NCBI GenBank assembly: GCA_964639615.1
Contig: CAZXHH010000002.1
Span: 8,290-72,289, forward strand
Reading direction: 5' to 3'
DNA: 64,000 bases
DNA from: Candidatus Woesearchaeota archaeon
GTDB taxonomy: Archaea > Nanobdellota > Nanobdellia > Pacearchaeales > GW2011-AR1
Each line of letters starts with the position of its first letter. The first letter of the stretch is position 1. This document shows positions 39,963-49,813 of this stretch, one piece after another. Under the pieces are notes generated by a model. It was not told the origin of the DNA and did no database searches. It worked only from the letters and a program-made list of their open reading frames with translations. The position numbers were made by a program, and so were the translations under genes.

Positions 39963-40520
39963 TCACAATTTAATTTCCCGAAGTTCAATAGCATTTTTAG
40001 TAAAAAAATCTTTCATATTTACAATACCGTAAAAAACTCCGTTTTCAGTATCAATTTTAATTTCATCAAATTTATCTTTGAAATATCTATATCCAACATG
40101 ATAGCCAATCCCATATTGTTTTGCATCATGATATTCTTTTAACTCGTTTTTATTTTCCCAAATTTCTTTTATATCTGCTCTCTTAAAATAATCTCCTCCA
40201 TCAAAGCATCCTAAAGCAAATTTATCTGGATGTGTAAACAAACTAAAAAGAGTTGGGCTTTCATCCTTGGAACCTCCGTGCCATCTTGAATTTTTAATTA
40301 TCTCCCTAATTGCAACATAATGCTGATTTCCAATTTTTAGTTCTCCTTTTGTATACAAGTCGTAGTACCTGTCTAAAGTCCACATAGCAGAATAAAGAAC
40401 AGAGTTACTCAAATCTTTTGAGAATTTTGGAGGTAGAAAATAATGTAGCTGTTCAAAATTTAAATGAGTTTTATCAAAAAGCGCATTTGATAGAGAAAAT
40501 ATTTTTTCAACATCCATCAT
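39963..40520 (-). CDS. Divergent GHKL (HATPase_c, RsbW/anti-sigma kinase-like) protein
   Basis: N-box AIREIIKNSRWHG, G1-like FDGGDYF, G2-like GIGYHVG. Confidence 0.5.
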   Translation of the reverse strand: MMDVEKIFSLSNALFDKTHLNFEQLHYFLPPKFSKDLSNSVLYSAMWTLDRYYDLYTKGELKIGNQHYVAIREIIKNSRWHGGSKDESPTLFSLFTHPDKFALGCFDGGDYFKRADIKEIWENKNELKEYHDAKQYGIGYHVGYRYFKDKFDEIKIDTENGVFYGIVNMKDFFTKNAIELREIKL

Positions 40521-40567
40521 ATTCCTTAAAGCTTAATATTTAAAAACAAATTCACACTCTAAAATAT

Positions 40568-42343
40568 ATGACAGAAAATGGAGATAATACACAAATACGA
40601 CAACCAATAGTCACAGTCTGCGGACATGTAGACCACGGAAAAACATCTATTTTAGATTGCCTTAGAGGTAGCTGTGTCCAAGCAGGAGAGTGCGGAGGGA
40701 TTACTCAAAAGATTTCATTTACTTCTTATCCTGCAAATCAATTAAGGTCTTCCTGCTATTTAATTGAAAAATCGGGAATAAAATTAAACATTCCAGGATT
40801 CTTGTTAATTGATACTCCAGGACACGCTGCATTTACAAATTTAAGAAAGCGTGGTGGAAGCTTAGCAGACTTAGCAATACTTGTAATTGATATAAATGAG
40901 GGAATAAAACCACAAACTGCAGAAGTAATACAAATTTTAAGATTAAACAAAACACCTTTCTTAATTGCACTAAACAAAATAGATAACATCTCTGGATGGA
41001 GAACTAATTTAGACAAATCTCTCAAAGAAAGTATAGAGGCACAGGCAATGAATGTTAAACAAGTATTTGATGAAAGATATATGACACTAATCGGAGCATT
41101 AAATTCCCATGGATTTGACTCAGATTTATATTATAATATTTCAGATTTTACAAAAAAGATTGCGCTAATTCCATGCTCTGCTAGAACTAAAGAAGGGGTA
41201 CCTGAATTAATAATGATGCTCTGTGGAATAAGTCAAAAATATTTAGCAGATAAACTAAAAATAGGAAAAGAACCAAAAGGAGTTTTACTTGAAATAAAAA
41301 AAGAGAAAACAACAAATTACATTGAAGCGATACTTTACGATGGAGAACTAAAAAAATCAGATGAAATAGCAATTGCCAATTTTAATTCAGATAAAGACCC
41401 AATAATAACAAAAATAAGAGTTCTTGAAGAAATTGAACCTCTATGTGCAAAATTTAGTCCAAAAGAAAAAGTTACTGCTTCAACAGGAATTAGAATGCAA
41501 TTAATTGAAAAAGAAGAAGTTTTACCTGGAATGCCTTTTGAAATTTATAAAAACAATCTTGCAGAATTAAAAGAAAAATTCAAAAAAGAAATATCAGAAA
41601 AAATTAAAACAAAACCTCAAGGAATAATTGCAAAAGCAGATTCTCTTGGAAGTTTAGAAGCTTTGCTTTTCCTTTTAGAAAATCAAAATATTCCTGTATT
41701 AAAAGCAGGAATTGGAAGCATAAATAAAACAGATGTAATATCTGCAAAAGCAAATTTAGAAATTAATGAATTAGATGCAATAATAATTGGTTTTAATGTT
41801 CAGATTGATGATGATGCAAAAGAATTAATAAAAGACCAAGGTAAAAAAATTAAAGTTCTCACAGATGAAGTGGTTTACAAACTAATTGAAAATTTAACAG
41901 ACTGGAGATTAGAAAAACAAAGAGAAATAGAAAAAAAGAGATTAATGGAACTTTCTAGTATCTGTAAAATACAAATTTTACATCAATACGTTTTCAGAAA
42001 TACAAACCCTGCAATTTTTGGAGTAAGAATTGAAGCTGGTAAAATCCATCAGCAAACAAATTTAATTGATGAAAAAGGGGAAAAGGTTGGGAAAATAAAG
42101 AATATTCAAGCAGACAAAAAAACTGTGCAAGAAGCAAATGAAGGAATGGAAGTAGCAGTTTCAATGTCTGGAATTAATTTTGAGAGAGCAATGAAAGACA
42201 GAAACTTCTTATATTCAGACTTAAGTGAATCTCAATTCAGGACTTTCAAAAAAAATAAGGATTTACTTTCAGGACCTGAAATGAAAATTCTTCAGGAAAT
42301 TGCAGAGATTAAAAGAAAAGAAAAAGCAGACTGGGGAAAATAA
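40568..42343 (+). CDS. infB: Translation initiation factor aIF5B (IF-2)
   Basis: IRQPIVTVCGHVDHGKT, GGITQKI, IDTPGHAAF.NLRKRGG, NKID, KADSLGSLEAL. Confidence 0.97.
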   Translation: MTENGDNTQIRQPIVTVCGHVDHGKTSILDCLRGSCVQAGECGGITQKISFTSYPANQLRSSCYLIEKSGIKLNIPGFLLIDTPGHAAFTNLRKRGGSLADLAILVIDINEGIKPQTAEVIQILRLNKTPFLIALNKIDNISGWRTNLDKSLKESIEAQAMNVKQVFDERYMTLIGALNSHGFDSDLYYNISDFTKKIALIPCSARTKEGVPELIMMLCGISQKYLADKLKIGKEPKGVLLEIKKEKTTNYIEAILYDGELKKSDEIAIANFNSDKDPIITKIRVLEEIEPLCAKFSPKEKVTASTGIRMQLIEKEEVLPGMPFEIYKNNLAELKEKFKKEISEKIKTKPQGIIAKADSLGSLEALLFLLENQNIPVLKAGIGSINKTDVISAKANLEINELDAIIIGFNVQIDDDAKELIKDQGKKIKVLTDEVVYKLIENLTDWRLEKQREIEKKRLMELSSICKIQILHQYVFRNTNPAIFGVRIEAGKIHQQTNLIDEKGEKVGKIKNIQADKKTVQEANEGMEVAVSMSGINFERAMKDRNFLYSDLSESQFRTFKKNKDLLSGPEMKILQEIAEIKRKEKADWGK

Positions 42344-42382
42344 ATTCAAAACCTTTAAAAACAAATTTTGCAATATATAATA

Positions 42383-43252
42383 ATGAAAAAAGGAAATTTG
42401 GTGGTACTTACATTTTTAGCATTAAGTTTATCTTTAATTGGAATTATGTCTGCAGCAACCTGTGATGTAAATGTTGCTCTTCTAAATCAAGACCCTTATC
42501 CTGCAATACCAGGAGAATATGTTAAGGTTGTATTTCAAATTACAGGACTTGAAAATACTGCTTGTGGAACAGTAACTTTCGGTGTTAAAGAAGAATATCC
42601 TATTTCTCTTGACCCAGATACTAAAAATCCAATAACAATAAACTCAGGAACCTTCAAAAGAGATTATGGCTCATCATTTCAAGCACCATTTAGATTAAGA
42701 ATGGATGAAAATGCACTTGATGGAGAAAATCCAATTGAAGTTTATTATTCAACAGCACAAGCAAGTAATATAATTAAGCAATTTAATATAAATGTTGAAG
42801 ATACAAGAGCAAATTTTGAAATAAATGTTAAAGAATATGATTATGCTACAAGAGCATTAACCTTTGAAATATTAAATATTGAAAAAACAGATGTTCAAGC
42901 ACTTACATTGGAAATACCCAAGCAAGATTCAATAACTGTTAAAGGAACAAACAGAGTTGTTGTTGGAGATTTAGATTCAAATGAATACACAACTGCAGAC
43001 TTTGAAGCAATACTTCCTGAAGGAGAAAGCAGAATAACATTGAATATACTTTACACAGATTCAGCAAATGTAAGAAGAGAAACACAAAAAGTTGTTGATT
43101 TTGATTCTTCATATTTTACTGGCAGAGAAATAAAAAAGAAAACTCCTTGGGCAATAATAGTTGTAGTAGTTGTAGTTATTGCTTTTTTAGTTTGGAGAAG
43201 AATTGTTAAAAAGAAAAGAGAAGAAGAAAGAAGAAAAAGACATTCTGCTTAA
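42383..43252 (+). CDS. COG1361-like S-layer-domain membrane protein
   Basis: Signal peptide, LNQDPYPAIPGEYV, VGDLDSNEYTTADF, C-terminal TM plus basic tail; next to MacB/FtsX ABC genes. Confidence 0.7.
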   Translation: MKKGNLVVLTFLALSLSLIGIMSAATCDVNVALLNQDPYPAIPGEYVKVVFQITGLENTACGTVTFGVKEEYPISLDPDTKNPITINSGTFKRDYGSSFQAPFRLRMDENALDGENPIEVYYSTAQASNIIKQFNINVEDTRANFEINVKEYDYATRALTFEILNIEKTDVQALTLEIPKQDSITVKGTNRVVVGDLDSNEYTTADFEAILPEGESRITLNILYTDSANVRRETQKVVDFDSSYFTGREIKKKTPWAIIVVVVVVIAFLVWRRIVKKKREEERRKRHSA

Positions 43253-43380
43253 TTATTCTATTCATTAGAGATATTTAATTTTAATACTAAATTTTTATTA
43301 TCTGAATCCAGATTATTAATTATTTTCCACTAATAAATAAAATCAACAATCATTTGACTAATAACAACTGTTACAGATAA

Positions 43381-44580
43381 CTACTCGTATCTCAATGCAT
43401 CAACTGGATTTGTCTTTGAAGCTTTAATTGCTGGAAGAGCTCCAGAAATTGCTCCTGTTAAAGTTGCAAATATCAAACATCCTGCAAACAACCATGCTGA
43501 GAATTGAGGTTGTAAAAATCCATATCCTAAACTTGTTAAAATTTTACCTGCAGTTAAACTAATAAGCCAACCAAATAACACTCCTAAACATCCTGCGACA
43601 AATCCTAAGAAAGAACTTTCAAATAAAAATATTTTGAATATTTCAGAATTCTCTGCTCCAATTGATTTCATAACCCCAATTTCTTTTACTCTTTCCAATA
43701 CAGAAGTTATCATAGTATTTGCAGTATTCACAGCTGAAACAAGAACAGAAATTAATGCAATTAAAATAATAAATCCAATTACAATATCCAAAGCAGTGGA
43801 ATAAGATTCAATCATATCATTAAATGACTGAACATAAAAATCTTCTTTTCCTTCATCGAGTCCTCTTTCATTTCTTAAATTTCTTTCAATATCCTTAGAA
43901 ATTTTCTCTATATTTGAAGGGTCAACTTTTGCAACAAGCCAATTGTATTTTAGAGATTCATTTGAATAAAGCTCTTTCATAAAATCATTTGTAACATAAA
44001 TTTGTGCATCATCTGCAGGATTTCCTATTGGCTGATAGAATCCAATTATCTTAACTTTTTTTCCATTAAGAATTATATTATCATTTAACTGATAAGGTTT
44101 TGCAAATATTTTATCTGGAATTAAATAATTATATCCGAGTACAACTCCTCTGTCACCTGGCTGCAACTTTCTTCCAGAATAAGTCTCTAAATTAAAAACA
44201 TCCATAATTAGAGGTTTTTTCGGATCATAAGATATCAAAAATGGGAACTTCTTAATATCATTTTTTTGAACTTCAACATTTTTAAAATAAACTCCTGTTG
44301 CTTCATATACTCCAGAAGTTCTTTCTACAACTTTCAACTCACTTTCACTAAAAGAAAAAGTAGGATCCATTCCTCCAAATCCTTTTGGCTGGATGAGAAC
44401 TTTATCTGCAGACGATGAACTTGACAAATCTTCAATATAACTATATAATCCCAAACCAAAGCTAACAAAAATAAAAATTGTAATAATTCCAACCATGATT
44501 GAAATTATTGTAAAAGCACTTCTAGTTTTTCTCTGCTTTAAATTTCTAAGCGAATATTTTATTGATTCATTTGATATCAT
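43381..44580 (-). CDS. ABC transporter permease, MacB/FtsX family
   Basis: RNLKQRKTRS..TI, NTMITSVLERVKEIGVMKSIGA, PVDALRYE. Confidence 0.93.
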   Translation of the reverse strand: MISNESIKYSLRNLKQRKTRSAFTIISIMVGIITIFIFVSFGLGLYSYIEDLSSSSSADKVLIQPKGFGGMDPTFSFSESELKVVERTSGVYEATGVYFKNVEVQKNDIKKFPFLISYDPKKPLIMDVFNLETYSGRKLQPGDRGVVLGYNYLIPDKIFAKPYQLNDNIILNGKKVKIIGFYQPIGNPADDAQIYVTNDFMKELYSNESLKYNWLVAKVDPSNIEKISKDIERNLRNERGLDEGKEDFYVQSFNDMIESYSTALDIVIGFIILIALISVLVSAVNTANTMITSVLERVKEIGVMKSIGAENSEIFKIFLFESSFLGFVAGCLGVLFGWLISLTAGKILTSLGYGFLQPQFSAWLFAGCLIFATLTGAISGALPAIKASKTNPVDALRYE

Positions 44581-44581
44581 T

Positions 44582-45790
44582 TCATCCTCTCAGCGCCTCA
44601 ACTGGATGCTGTTTAGCTGCTTTCATTGCAGGAAGAATTCCTGCTAAAGCTCCTATTAAAAAACTTCCAAGAAGTGCAAAGAAAATCAACACAAAATTAA
44701 TTTGAGGATTAATCTCTGTACCTAAGAAATTATTTATTCCAGAAATTCCAGCATAACCGACAGCAACTCCAAGTATAACTCCTATTACTCCACCAATTAA
44801 TCCCAATACTCCAGACTCAACAAAAAATTGCATGAATATCTGCGAGTTCCTTGCACCAATTGCTTTCATTATCCCTATTTCTTTTCTTCTTTCAAGAACA
44901 GAAGTAGTCATAGTATTAATTATTCCAATTGCTCCAATGAATATTGAAATAGATGCAACAATTACAACAAAAATCTGTATTGCGTTTAAGATGCTATTAA
45001 CCTGTTTTAATGAACCTTCAGGAGTTGAGACAGTAAAATCTTCTGAACCAACTTTCACATCCCTTCTTTGTCTTAATAATTTTTCAATATCTACTTTTGT
45101 TTTTTCCATATTATCTTTATCAGTTGGAAGTACAGCTATTGCATTTAGCTCATCTCCATAATCGAATAAAGATTGCATATCAGCATCATTCATAAAAACA
45201 AGATTATCAAAAATGAAACTTCCTTTTTTTTCAAGAATTCCAATAACCTCAAAACTCTTTCCATTAATTATAACTTTATTTCCAGGAATAACTGCTTTTC
45301 CAAGTCCAACTTTATCTGCATAAAAATTATATCCTAAAAATACTTTTCCTGTTTCCCCGTCTTTTAATAATCTCCCTGCTTCTGGTTTTGCTTCAAGTTG
45401 ACTGTAAATAAATTTTCTATCTTCTCCATTAGGAATATTCGTTGCATATCCAAATATGAGCTTATTATTAAATTCAAGTTTACCAGACACAATAATTTTA
45501 CCAACAGCCGCTTTAACGCTACTTAATCTTTCAATTGCTGCCAAATCATCTGTGGTTAAAGGATGAATTGTATCTGTTCCAGGAGGGCCAAAACTTCCTC
45601 CACTTGCTTCAACAGTTATGACTTCTGTAGATGCAACTCCAAATTGAGAACCAACAGCAAGTTTAAGTCCATTTCCTAGACTAATTAAAGAAACTACTGC
45701 AAGTATACCTATACATATTCCAAGAAGAGTTAGATAACTTCTAATTCCTTTTTTCTTTAAATTTCTATATGCAAAAATGAAGTAGTTCAT
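44582..45790 (-). CDS. ABC transporter permease, MacB/FtsX family
   Basis: RSYLTLLGICIG, NTMTTSVLERRKEIGIMKAIGA, PVEALR; start re-called to MNYFIF. Confidence 0.93.
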   Translation of the reverse strand: MNYFIFAYRNLKKKGIRSYLTLLGICIGILAVVSLISLGNGLKLAVGSQFGVASTEVITVEASGGSFGPPGTDTIHPLTTDDLAAIERLSSVKAAVGKIIVSGKLEFNNKLIFGYATNIPNGEDRKFIYSQLEAKPEAGRLLKDGETGKVFLGYNFYADKVGLGKAVIPGNKVIINGKSFEVIGILEKKGSFIFDNLVFMNDADMQSLFDYGDELNAIAVLPTDKDNMEKTKVDIEKLLRQRRDVKVGSEDFTVSTPEGSLKQVNSILNAIQIFVVIVASISIFIGAIGIINTMTTSVLERRKEIGIMKAIGARNSQIFMQFFVESGVLGLIGGVIGVILGVAVGYAGISGINNFLGTEINPQINFVLIFFALLGSFLIGALAGILPAMKAAKQHPVEALRG

Positions 45791-45791
45791 T

Positions 45792-46613
45792 TTACTTTTT
45801 CCTACCAATAATCATCATATGCTGACTAAATTCGGCTACCATTGGGTTTGTACATAACTTATCATGCATTTCTAACCAATTCTTCCAAGCTTTCGGATTT
45901 TTCTTTGCTAACTTATTTATTTCCTCTTCAGCCGGTGTTGCCAATCCTTCCAAACCAATAGCATTCAAAAATTCAACTTTGTTAGCGAATAAAGATTTTA
46001 ATTCTTCTAACTCAAAGAAATGACAATAGTGTTTTCCACACCAATTATAATCTTCTCCATTAATATAAAAATTCTTAAAATTTTTATTATCTTCAACTTC
46101 ATCTACCCATCTATGAAACATTGTAACTGTCCCAAGTTTACCCATTACTGAAATAAAAATTGGAGAATTTTTCTTTGCAACTCTTGTTAATTCAGAAACA
46201 GCTATCTTTCTATCTTTATCAGAATGAACGTGACTTAAGGGACCGCCAAGACAAATTACAGCATCAAATGTTTTATCCTTAAATCTAGATAAATCAATTA
46301 TTGAACCTTCAATTATTTCTTTTACTTTAGATTCAATTTTTTCTTTTTTTATTTTAATCTTTGCTAGTTCTAAATGTTTTGGAGTAAAATCTAATAACAC
46401 AACTTCATAACCTATCTTAGCTAACTCAATAGTGTATCTTCCAGGACCTCCTCCTGCATCTAAAATTAAACCTTTTTTAGGAAGATATTTTTTAAGAAAT
46501 TTCATTGTAGTATCAAATTCTAATCTATGGAAAGCATCTTGTTGAAGTCTATTCCATTCTTTATTAACGTCTTTTGAATAAAATTCTTTTGTTAATTTAG
46601 CTTCCTTTTTCAT
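45792..46613 (-). CDS. Class I SAM-dependent methyltransferase
   Basis: ILDAGGGPGRY, LLD, FDAVICLGGPLSH. Confidence 0.9.
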   Translation of the reverse strand: MKKEAKLTKEFYSKDVNKEWNRLQQDAFHRLEFDTTMKFLKKYLPKKGLILDAGGGPGRYTIELAKIGYEVVLLDFTPKHLELAKIKIKKEKIESKVKEIIEGSIIDLSRFKDKTFDAVICLGGPLSHVHSDKDRKIAVSELTRVAKKNSPIFISVMGKLGTVTMFHRWVDEVEDNKNFKNFYINGEDYNWCGKHYCHFFELEELKSLFANKVEFLNAIGLEGLATPAEEEINKLAKKNPKAWKNWLEMHDKLCTNPMVAEFSQHMMIIGRKK

Positions 46614-46614
46614 T

Positions 46615-47334
46615 CTACCTCTTCCTCTCTTTTGTTACTTTCTCAATTCTTCCGTCCTTAAGCCAATAAATAGTATGAGCATATTTTTTAGCAAGTTCAG
46701 GAGAGTGAGTTACAAAAACAACTGTTCTTCCCTCTTTATTCAAATCAGTTAAAAAATCCATAACTTTCAAACCAGTTTTAGTATCTAAATTTCCAGTCGG
46801 TTCATCTGCAAGAATAACTTCAGGGTCATTTGCAAGAGCACGTGCAATTGCAACTCTCTGCTGCTGTCCTCCTGAAATTTGATTTGGATAGTGATTTCTT
46901 CTATCATATAATTCAAGTTTGTGGAGAATTTTATCTGCTTTATCTTCTCTTTCATATTCGTCAACACCCTGCAGAGTCATCGGCAAAATAACATTCTCTT
47001 TAACAGTAAGTGTGGGAATTAAATTAAACTGTTGAAAAATAAATCCAATATGTTTTCCTCTAATCTGTGCTAATTCAGATTCATCTAAAAGAGAAATATC
47101 CTCTTTATTCAAAAAAATATGGCCCTTAGATGGAGTATCCAAACTTCCAATTAAATTCATTGCAGTAGATTTTCCAGAACCAGAAGGTCCCATAACAGCC
47201 ACAAAATCTCCTTTTTTTATGTTAATACTTATTCCATCTACAGCTTTTACAATATTATCCCCCATCCAATAATGTTTTGCAGCATCATGAAGATGAATTA
47301 TAACATCATCATCAAGTTTCCTCTTCTTTTCCAT
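46615..47334 (-). CDS. ABC transporter ATP-binding protein (LolD/MacB type)
   Basis: [36 protein letters not shown]; start re-called to MEKKRK. Confidence 0.95.
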   Translation of the reverse strand: MEKKRKLDDDVIIHLHDAAKHYWMGDNIVKAVDGISINIKKGDFVAVMGPSGSGKSTAMNLIGSLDTPSKGHIFLNKEDISLLDESELAQIRGKHIGFIFQQFNLIPTLTVKENVILPMTLQGVDEYEREDKADKILHKLELYDRRNHYPNQISGGQQQRVAIARALANDPEVILADEPTGNLDTKTGLKVMDFLTDLNKEGRTVVFVTHSPELAKKYAHTIYWLKDGRIEKVTKERKR

Positions 47335-47381
47335 AATGTAAAAAAAGAAATACAATTAATAAAGGTTTTTGTGAATAAGAA

Positions 47382-49040
47382 TTATTGTCTTCCTTTAATA
47401 AATTCCTTAATTAATTCAAAAACCTGCTTTTGTTTATTAGGCAAAAAAGTGATTGAACCTGCATTCTTATGTCCTCCACCTTCAACAAATGCTTCAGGAA
47501 CTTTTTTATCCAAAAAGTGTATTAACTCATGAACAGAAAAATTAGCTTCATCTGTAGCTCTAATTGTGACTGATGTTGCCAACACTCCGACTGTAACTAA
47601 ATTTGTAATTCCTTTTTCTGTCTGAAGAGAATCATGAACAAGTCCAACAATTCTTCCAGGTTTAGGGAAAAATCCAAATCCAGGGAAAAATTCTTCAAAG
47701 TATAAAACTTGAAGATTAACAGCACCGATTTTTTCTAATTTAGCATTTGATTTTCCAATCTTAAATCCTTTCTTATCAAGTTCTTTTATATATGGAGCCA
47801 TAAGTCCTACAAGATGTTTCTGTTTATCTCTAGGTTCACCAAATAAAACTTCAATATACTCTCTTGCTTCCATGAATTTAACTTTTGAAGAGACATAATC
47901 TATAACTAAAGAAATATCTGCAAGTAATTCTTTAGTATATCCTTGAGATTGAGCAATTTTCATATAACTTTCCATTACTTTTGGATTTGCAATGTCTATT
48001 CTGTCTGCAAAACCAGCTAATGCTGGAATTTGTTCCACATTTTTTACTTCCGGATTTATGAATCTTGCAAGTTCTGCACAAAGCATTCCTGCAGAAAACT
48101 TTGCTCCATCTTCATCGACTAAAAAAGGATTGATATGAACTAAAACTTCTTCTGAAATAACATCTTTATCAAAAAAATGATGATCTATAACAATGAAATC
48201 TGCTCCATGAACTTTTCCTTGTTTTATTGCCATTAAATCTTCAGGAGAAGAACCATTGTCTGCAATTATAATTAAAGGCATTTTATTTGAGTGCTTTGCA
48301 ACATTTCTCAAAGACAAAGCCATGTCTCTTATTGAATCATCTATTTCGTAAAAAGGTGCAGCACAAGGAGCTCTCATAAAAAATTCCCATCCTGCTTTTT
48401 CTGAACTATGTTGTTTTTCAATTAAAGGAAGAATTGCCCTCTCTAATGCAAATCCTGAACTATAACCATCTGTATCATTGTGATGTCTTACAATTACAGG
48501 TCTGTCCTGAATTACAGCAAGTCTTATCTGAGTTGCAGCATCAATAAAACTATTTCTTAATTTTGCAAGAATAGTACTCTCTGCTAAAAAATTTGGAGGA
48601 GTTACTTTTGCTCTTTTTTCCTGAATCTCTTCCATTCCCTTAAGGAAATGTTTTTTATTTGCTTCATCAACTATTTTTATTGACTTTATTTCTCCTTCAA
48701 CTTCTCCCTGAAAATCTCCAATTTCAACAACTGCCTTGACAATCATACCTTCGATTAATTCTGGGTAAGCTCTGACTCCAGGCTTAACAAACCCTTTAAG
48801 AGCAAGATTTCCTGTTCCATCAGAAACAACAAAAACTGTAGGCCCCCCTGTCTGAACAATCTTGTTAATTTGTGCTGTGATTGAAATTATTTCTTTTGAA
48901 CCTTCTATATCCCCTATTTTCTTTTCTTCAGCTTTCTCATAAGAGCTAGAGCTAGAATTAGGAAATTTACTAAATTTCTGATTTTGTTTAAAATTTCCTC
49001 CTGAAAAATTCTTCTTAAAATTTTTTTTATTCTTGTCCAT
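47382..49040 (-). CDS. Archaeal RecJ-like DHH phosphoesterase with N-terminal OB fold
   Basis: QTGGPTVF, RHHNDTDG, ADNGS, IDHH, GGGHKNAG. Confidence 0.88.
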   Translation of the reverse strand: MDKNKKNFKKNFSGGNFKQNQKFSKFPNSSSSSYEKAEEKKIGDIEGSKEIISITAQINKIVQTGGPTVFVVSDGTGNLALKGFVKPGVRAYPELIEGMIVKAVVEIGDFQGEVEGEIKSIKIVDEANKKHFLKGMEEIQEKRAKVTPPNFLAESTILAKLRNSFIDAATQIRLAVIQDRPVIVRHHNDTDGYSSGFALERAILPLIEKQHSSEKAGWEFFMRAPCAAPFYEIDDSIRDMALSLRNVAKHSNKMPLIIIADNGSSPEDLMAIKQGKVHGADFIVIDHHFFDKDVISEEVLVHINPFLVDEDGAKFSAGMLCAELARFINPEVKNVEQIPALAGFADRIDIANPKVMESYMKIAQSQGYTKELLADISLVIDYVSSKVKFMEAREYIEVLFGEPRDKQKHLVGLMAPYIKELDKKGFKIGKSNAKLEKIGAVNLQVLYFEEFFPGFGFFPKPGRIVGLVHDSLQTEKGITNLVTVGVLATSVTIRATDEANFSVHELIHFLDKKVPEAFVEGGGHKNAGSITFLPNKQKQVFELIKEFIKGRQ

Positions 49041-49127
49041 TTTCTTTTTTTAGAAGTAAAAATTCATTTAAAAAGCTTTGTTACAAGCAACCAAATAGTT
49101 TAAAAACCATTTTTCAATCTAAATATC

Positions 49128-49574
49128 ATGGCATTCAAAATTAATATTGGTACAAAAGAAGGAAAAACTTATAAAATAGAAACAGAAGCTGAAGAATTAA
49201 TTGGAAAATCTTTAGGCGATACAATCAAAGGAAAAGAAATTTCTAAAGATTTTGACGGTTATGAATTTGAAATAAAGGGAACAAGCGATGGTTCTGGTTT
49301 TACTTCAATGGCAAATGTTGAAGGAATTGGATTAAAAAAATCATTATTAACATATGGAAAAGGTATGCACAAGCGTTCTAAAAGAGAAGGAAAAAGAAAA
49401 AGATCAAATCCAACTCCAAATGGATTAAGATTGAGAAAGACAGTAAGAGGAAAAGTAATTTCCCCTGCTATTGTGCAGATTAATTTAAAGTTGTTAAAAG
49501 AGGGATCAAAAAAGCTTTCTGAAATATTCCCTGATCAAAACAAATCTGCTGAAAATGCAGAAGCTCAGGCTTAA
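49128..49574 (+). CDS. rps6e: 30S ribosomal protein S6e (eS6)
   Basis: FKINI, GYEFEIKGTSDGSGF, GLRLRKTVRG, IVQINLK. Confidence 0.95.
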   Translation: MAFKINIGTKEGKTYKIETEAEELIGKSLGDTIKGKEISKDFDGYEFEIKGTSDGSGFTSMANVEGIGLKKSLLTYGKGMHKRSKREGKRKRSNPTPNGLRLRKTVRGKVISPAIVQINLKLLKEGSKKLSEIFPDQNKSAENAEAQA

Positions 49575-49597
49575 ACAATTAAACAAACCTAATTGAA

Positions 49598-49783
49598 ATG
49601 GCAAAGAAAAATTTAGAAGAAGAGTTATCTCCTGAAGAATTAGAAGATTTGGAAAATGGTATTGTTCCAGTGGATAGAATGGTAAACAATGCTGCAAAAG
49701 AATTTTATCAAGGAAACCAAACTTCAAAGTATAACTTGTCTCAAGACGAAACACTTGAAAGCTATAAAGAATTCAATGAATAA
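49598..49783 (+). CDS. Small acidic hypothetical protein
   Basis: 61-aa ORF between rps6e and eif2g. Confidence 0.55.
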   Translation: MAKKNLEEELSPEELEDLENGIVPVDRMVNNAAKEFYQGNQTSKYNLSQDETLESYKEFNE

Positions 49784-49813
49784 TCTTAAAAACTCTTTCT
49801 CCAATTGAATTAT

